A stretch of 64,000 nucleotides of DNA, taken from the NCBI RefSeq assembly GCF_963518475.1, contig NZ_CAUQJA010000001.1, forward strand, positions 78,018 through 142,017. The letters are read 5' to 3'. The notes below the pieces were generated by a model. The model worked only from the letters and a program-made list of their open reading frames with translations. It was not told where the DNA came from and did not search any database. The position numbers were made by a program, and so were the translations under genes. Positions 60,462 to 64,000 of this stretch are shown here, piece after piece; the first letter of the stretch is position 1; each line of letters opens with the position of its first letter. The DNA comes from an uncultured Streptococcus sp. Its GTDB lineage: Bacteria; Bacillota; Bacilli; Lactobacillales; Streptococcaceae.

Positions 60462-60617
60462 GTGTTCCAGTTGAAAGAACGAGAAGTCTTGACAGGTCAA
60501 CGGCTCAATGAACTGGAAATCAAAGGTATTGGCTTGACCAAGTTTAAAAATGGGGAAATCGGTATTGAATTTATCTGGATCGATACCGAACCCCCGCCAA
60601 GTGATGCCATCGGCTGA
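60462..60617 (+). pseudogene. Possible C-terminal gene fragment (51 codons)
   Basis: Open frame VFQLKEREVLTGQRLNELEIKGIGLTKFKNGEIGIEFIWIDTEPPPSDAIG* has no RBS or plausible start. Its GC content looks higher than that of the neighbouring gene. Confidence 0.3.
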
Positions 60618-60750
60618 GTAGCAAAGAAATAAAAAGTTCGCTGTCTTTTTGTTTTGTATTTTACAGTTTTTTCTTTACAAGTCTTTCTTTTTTATGGTAT
60701 TCTTTTAAGCAACAAGTGTTGCGCAACTAATATTGCGCGAAAGGAGTCTT

Positions 60751-61326
60751 ATGCCACCAAAGGTTAAATTTAGTAAAGAGACTATCATTGGAACAGCTTT
60801 ACAATTGGTGAGAGAAGAGGGCATGGCTAGTCTGACGGCTCGAGCATTAGCGGAGCAACTGGGAGCCACACCAAGAGTCATTTTTGGGCAATTTGCCAAT
60901 ATGGCCGAGTTACAAGCAGAGGTTATTGGTGCTGCGGAAATGGTAGTGGTGGAGTATATTCGTAAGGCCTTAGAAGATGAGAAGCCTTTTCGATCCGTCG
61001 GGGTTGCTTATATCCTTTTCGCCTCAAAAGACCCCCAACTCTTTCAATTGCTTTTCCAAAATCCCAGCAAAGATCCGATTCGTCGCTTTCAAGATTTTCT
61101 TCCCATGAAGGATTATAGTTACCAATTGGTTCTGGATTCGATCGTCGCAGACTATCCTTTGAATGTAGAGGAGGCTGGTCGCTTGTACCAGCATCTATTT
61201 ATCTACTCGCACGGGATGGCCTCAATGGTTGCTTCTGACATTTATCAATTCAGCATGGAAGAAGTGATTGGATTACTGACAGAGGTTTGTCAATCTCTCA
61301 TCAAAGAAATGGTAGGAAAGAAATGA
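60751..61326 (+). CDS. TetR-family transcriptional regulator
   Basis: N-terminal HTH (IIGTALQLVREEGMASLTARALAEQLG). RBS aaaggag. Confidence 0.85.
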   Translation: MPPKVKFSKETIIGTALQLVREEGMASLTARALAEQLGATPRVIFGQFANMAELQAEVIGAAEMVVVEYIRKALEDEKPFRSVGVAYILFASKDPQLFQLLFQNPSKDPIRRFQDFLPMKDYSYQLVLDSIVADYPLNVEEAGRLYQHLFIYSHGMASMVASDIYQFSMEEVIGLLTEVCQSLIKEMVGKK

Positions 61327-62003
61327 TTCAACTAGAAAATGTGCACAAAAGTTACGGCCAAACCAAGGTTTTAAAAGGGATTGATTTGCAGCTTCAAGAC
61401 CAGTATGATGTGGTTATCCTCGGTCCTTCTGGATCAGGCAAATCAACTCTCTTAAACGTTCTGTCAGGTTTAGAAAAGGTAGACGAGGGACATATACTCA
61501 TTCAAGGACAGGATTTGGCTCAACTCACAGATACTCAATTGACAGCCTTTAGACGTGAGAAGATTGCCTTTATTTTTCAGCAGTATTATTTATTGCCTAA
61601 TCTAACAGTCAGACAGAATGTAAAGATGGGGGCAGACCTGGCAAACAATCATGATTTTTTGCAGATTATCGAGGATTTGGGACTTGGCGATAAGCTGGAC
61701 AAGTATCCGAGTGAATTGTCAGGTGGGGAACAGCAGAGAGTCTCCATTGCTCGGGCCTTGGCCAAAAAGCCAGAGATTCTTTTCTTAGATGAGCCGACGG
61801 GAGCCCTGGATGAAGAAACAGGGCGCAAGATTCTGGACTATATCTGGAAATTAAAGGAAAAGCTGGGCTTTACCCTCATCATGGTGACGCACAACCAAAA
61901 TATTGCGGATATGGCAAGAACCATCATTCGTGTCAATAGTGGTAAGATTACCGAAGTTGTGATCAATGATCAGCCTCAGACTGCCTATGAGATTGGATGG
62001 TAA
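61323..62003 (+). CDS. ABC transporter ATP-binding protein (MacB/LolD-like)
   Basis: [25 protein letters not shown] and [11 protein letters not shown] motifs. ATGA overlap with tetR. Confidence 0.9.
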   Translation: MIQLENVHKSYGQTKVLKGIDLQLQDQYDVVILGPSGSGKSTLLNVLSGLEKVDEGHILIQGQDLAQLTDTQLTAFRREKIAFIFQQYYLLPNLTVRQNVKMGADLANNHDFLQIIEDLGLGDKLDKYPSELSGGEQQRVSIARALAKKPEILFLDEPTGALDEETGRKILDYIWKLKEKLGFTLIMVTHNQNIADMARTIIRVNSGKITEVVINDQPQTAYEIGW

Positions 62004-62006
62004 GCC

Positions 62007-63152
62007 ATGTTTTCAGTAAAAGATATTCGAAAATTAGTTGTCGTCAGTATAATTGGGGCTTGTGCGGTCTTTGTGGCCAATCTCTTCTTGAATTTTTACT
62101 TGGACATCGAGCAGTTGGAGATTTCTAAAACCAATCCCATGATTCAGACCTACTATGATGTCCAGATTTCGCTTTCTTGGATGGTGGCCATGGTCAGTGG
62201 AGTCGTCTTGTCCTTGACGTCGGTCCTTCTCATGTGTTTTTATATCAAACAATTTGTCGATGATCACAAGGAACAATTAGGAATTTTAAAAGCTTTGGGC
62301 TATAGCAATGGCCAGCTGGCTAAACGATTTTGGGCATTTGGGATCAGTTTTGGTGCCGGAGCGCTTCTTGGCTATTTCACTTCTTTTCTTATGATGGGGC
62401 ATTTTTATGACTTCCGGAATGAAAAGGGGATCCTGCCAGAAATTACCATTCATTTTCATTGGCAGCTCTTGCTTGCTTTTGTGGTCCTTCCAACGGTATT
62501 TTTTATGCTTATCGCGGTTGGTTATGCTAGAAGACAACTACAAACGCCGGCTCTTCGCTTATTGAAAAAGTCCCCAACACCAATCAAGGTCAAAAGGAGA
62601 AAGAGGGCTCCTAAGAAAGAGAAAGACTTCCTAAAAGAGCTGTCTTCGTCACTAATTTGGGGGAGAAAATCTATCCTATTTTTTGTAGTCTTTGGCTCTA
62701 TGTGTTTTGCGGCTATGGTTCAATTATCCTTTGGTCTAAGGGACTACACAGATGACATCATCCAAACCATGATGATCATGATTGGCTTGATCCTTTCTTT
62801 CTCTATTCTCTTTTTGTCATTGGGGATTGTCGTCTCAGAAAGTCGCGAAACCCTGGCTCTTATGAAGGTTTTTGGCTACACAGATCGTGAATGCCAAGGT
62901 CATATCCTATCTCCCTATCGTTTCTGGGCATATCTAGGATTTGTTCTTGGGACGGCTTATCAGTACGCTATCATGGAAATCTTGATTGGTGTGATCAAAG
63001 ATACGGTTCCTGAAAAGATTGAGCATCACTTTGATGGGAATGTTTGCTTCTGGACTTTGATCGGTTTTGCTGTGGTTTATGAAAGCCTCTTTTATCTATC
63101 CAACAGAAAACTCCAAAAGCAAACCATCAAAGAAGTACTCTTAGCTGAATAA
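62007..63152 (+). CDS. FtsX-family ABC transporter permease
   Basis: 381 aa, polytopic. Two FtsX-like segments (LGILKALGYSNGQ and LALMKVFGYTDRE). Confidence 0.8.
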   Translation: MFSVKDIRKLVVVSIIGACAVFVANLFLNFYLDIEQLEISKTNPMIQTYYDVQISLSWMVAMVSGVVLSLTSVLLMCFYIKQFVDDHKEQLGILKALGYSNGQLAKRFWAFGISFGAGALLGYFTSFLMMGHFYDFRNEKGILPEITIHFHWQLLLAFVVLPTVFFMLIAVGYARRQLQTPALRLLKKSPTPIKVKRRKRAPKKEKDFLKELSSSLIWGRKSILFFVVFGSMCFAAMVQLSFGLRDYTDDIIQTMMIMIGLILSFSILFLSLGIVVSESRETLALMKVFGYTDRECQGHILSPYRFWAYLGFVLGTAYQYAIMEILIGVIKDTVPEKIEHHFDGNVCFWTLIGFAVVYESLFYLSNRKLQKQTIKEVLLAE

Positions 63153-63455
63153 ATAGAGAAGGTTGGATTCTCCAGCCTTTTTCTTATGAAACTCATTAAC
63201 AAGAGAAGGATTTTTCACTATTCTAGGGAAAATGAAATAAAGGAAAGAAAACGAAGTTACTGGTAGGACCTGAAATGATCTTTTTACTTGATTTGACGCA
63301 ACAAATAATCCTTTATCTCTGTAGGAATCCTCTTGCAGTTTGTGGTTGGTATTGGAGTTGCAGTCTTGAGTTATAAATAAATCAATATACCTGTGGTCAT
63401 GTTACACAGGTCTTTCAATTAGCTGAAATATTTCACCTTTATTTTTTCTTAACCT

Positions 63456-63484
63456 TTGACTATTCTGCAAAATTATCGTAAAAT
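63456..63484 (+). promoter_or_regulatory. Candidate rpoE promoter
   Basis: ttgact, 17 nt, taaaat. Confidence 0.5.
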
Positions 63485-63556
63485 AAAGAGTAAATGATAA
63501 AATGAGGTCAGAGTCTGTTTGCTCTGGCGATAGTAGTATAAATGAGGAGAAACGCT

Positions 63557-64000
63557 TTGGAATTAGAAGTATTTGCTGGGCAAGAAAAAAGTGAACTATC
63601 TATGATTGAGGTAGCGCGTGCTATCTTGGAACTTCGTGGTCGTGATCATGAGATGCATTTTAGCGATCTTGTAAACGAAATTCAAAACTACCTTGGAACA
63701 TCAAACAGCGATATCCGCGAAGCCTTGCCTTTGTTCTACACAGAGTTGAACTTTGACGGTAGCTTCATCTCACTTGGAGACAACAAATGGGGTCTTCGTT
63801 CATGGTATGGTGTGGACGAAATCGATGAAGAAATCATCGCTCTTGAAGAAAATGACGACGATGAAGTAGCACCAAAAGCTAAGAAAAAACGTGTCAATGC
63901 CTTTATGGATGGCGATTCAGATGCCATTGACTACAATGCAGATGATCCAGAAGACGAAGATGCATACGAAGCAGATCCAGCACTTTCATACGATGATGAA
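63557..64000 (+). CDS. rpoE: RNA polymerase delta subunit (partial; 3' end outside the window)
   Basis: TTG start after gaggag. (M)[24 protein letters not shown]... is followed by an acidic tail. Absent from the track because no stop lies in the window. Confidence 0.88.
   Translation, partial: MELEVFAGQEKSELSMIEVARAILELRGRDHEMHFSDLVNEIQNYLGTSNSDIREALPLFYTELNFDGSFISLGDNKWGLRSWYGVDEIDEEIIALEENDDDEVAPKAKKKRVNAFMDGDSDAIDYNADDPEDEDAYEADPALSYDDE

Noticed and set aside
63190-63420. Short open frame ending ...ISVGILLQFVVGIGVAVLSYK* downstream of the ABC permease, considered as a membrane-gene remnant
   Set aside because: It is too short and interrupted by stops, and there is no start or RBS. I cannot distinguish it from random sequence without homology searches.

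Overview
This window looks like a chromosomal segment from a mitis-group Streptococcus (S. pneumoniae, S. mitis or S. oralis lineage). The evidence is three BOX elements, a piuBCDA-type iron uptake operon, an EndoD-type LPXTG glycosidase and a blp-type locus. It is mostly core housekeeping genes: treP'-treC, murI-rdgB-yfcE-cbs-xerD-like-scpAB-rluB-yidD, piuBCDA, galE, pepA, a Na/Pi cotransporter, endoD, pgk, glnRA, a PadR cluster, hrcA-grpE-dnaK-(DJ-1-like)-dnaJ with two CIRCE operators, hit-ecsAB, ccrZ-like-trmB, a GH3 hexosaminidase, rimP-nusA-ylxR-ylxQ-infB-rbfA, a T-box-controlled operon ending in valS, a TetR/ABC module and the 5' part of rpoE. I saw no rRNA, tRNA, CRISPR array, IS element or prophage genes.

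The accessory or unusual parts are:
1. A reduced blp-like quorum-sensing locus (36.3-42.6 kb). It has a LytTR response regulator and histidine kinase, two duplicated terminator-plus-direct-repeat promoter modules, small membrane peptides and two tandem CAAX proteases. It has no pheromone gene, no C39 ABC exporter and no intact double-glycine bacteriocin.
2. A 106-nt BOX element inserted just after codon 2 of an AT-rich DUF3883 (PD-(D/E)xK-like) gene downstream of valS. Precise removal of the BOX restores promoter, RBS, ATG and ORF in frame.
3. A roughly 1.1 kb cassette between dnaK and dnaJ, bounded by 20-21 nt inverted repeats. It carries a DJ-1/PfpI-like gene and a structured 112-bp tandem repeat.
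4. An EcsC-family gene located away from ecsAB and translationally coupled to two tiny ORFs.
5. A T-box leader placed about 1.7 kb and three non-synthetase genes upstream of valS.

No convincing, completely novel multi-gene system is evident. All functional calls rest on reading the translations and on motif recognition from memory, not on database searches.
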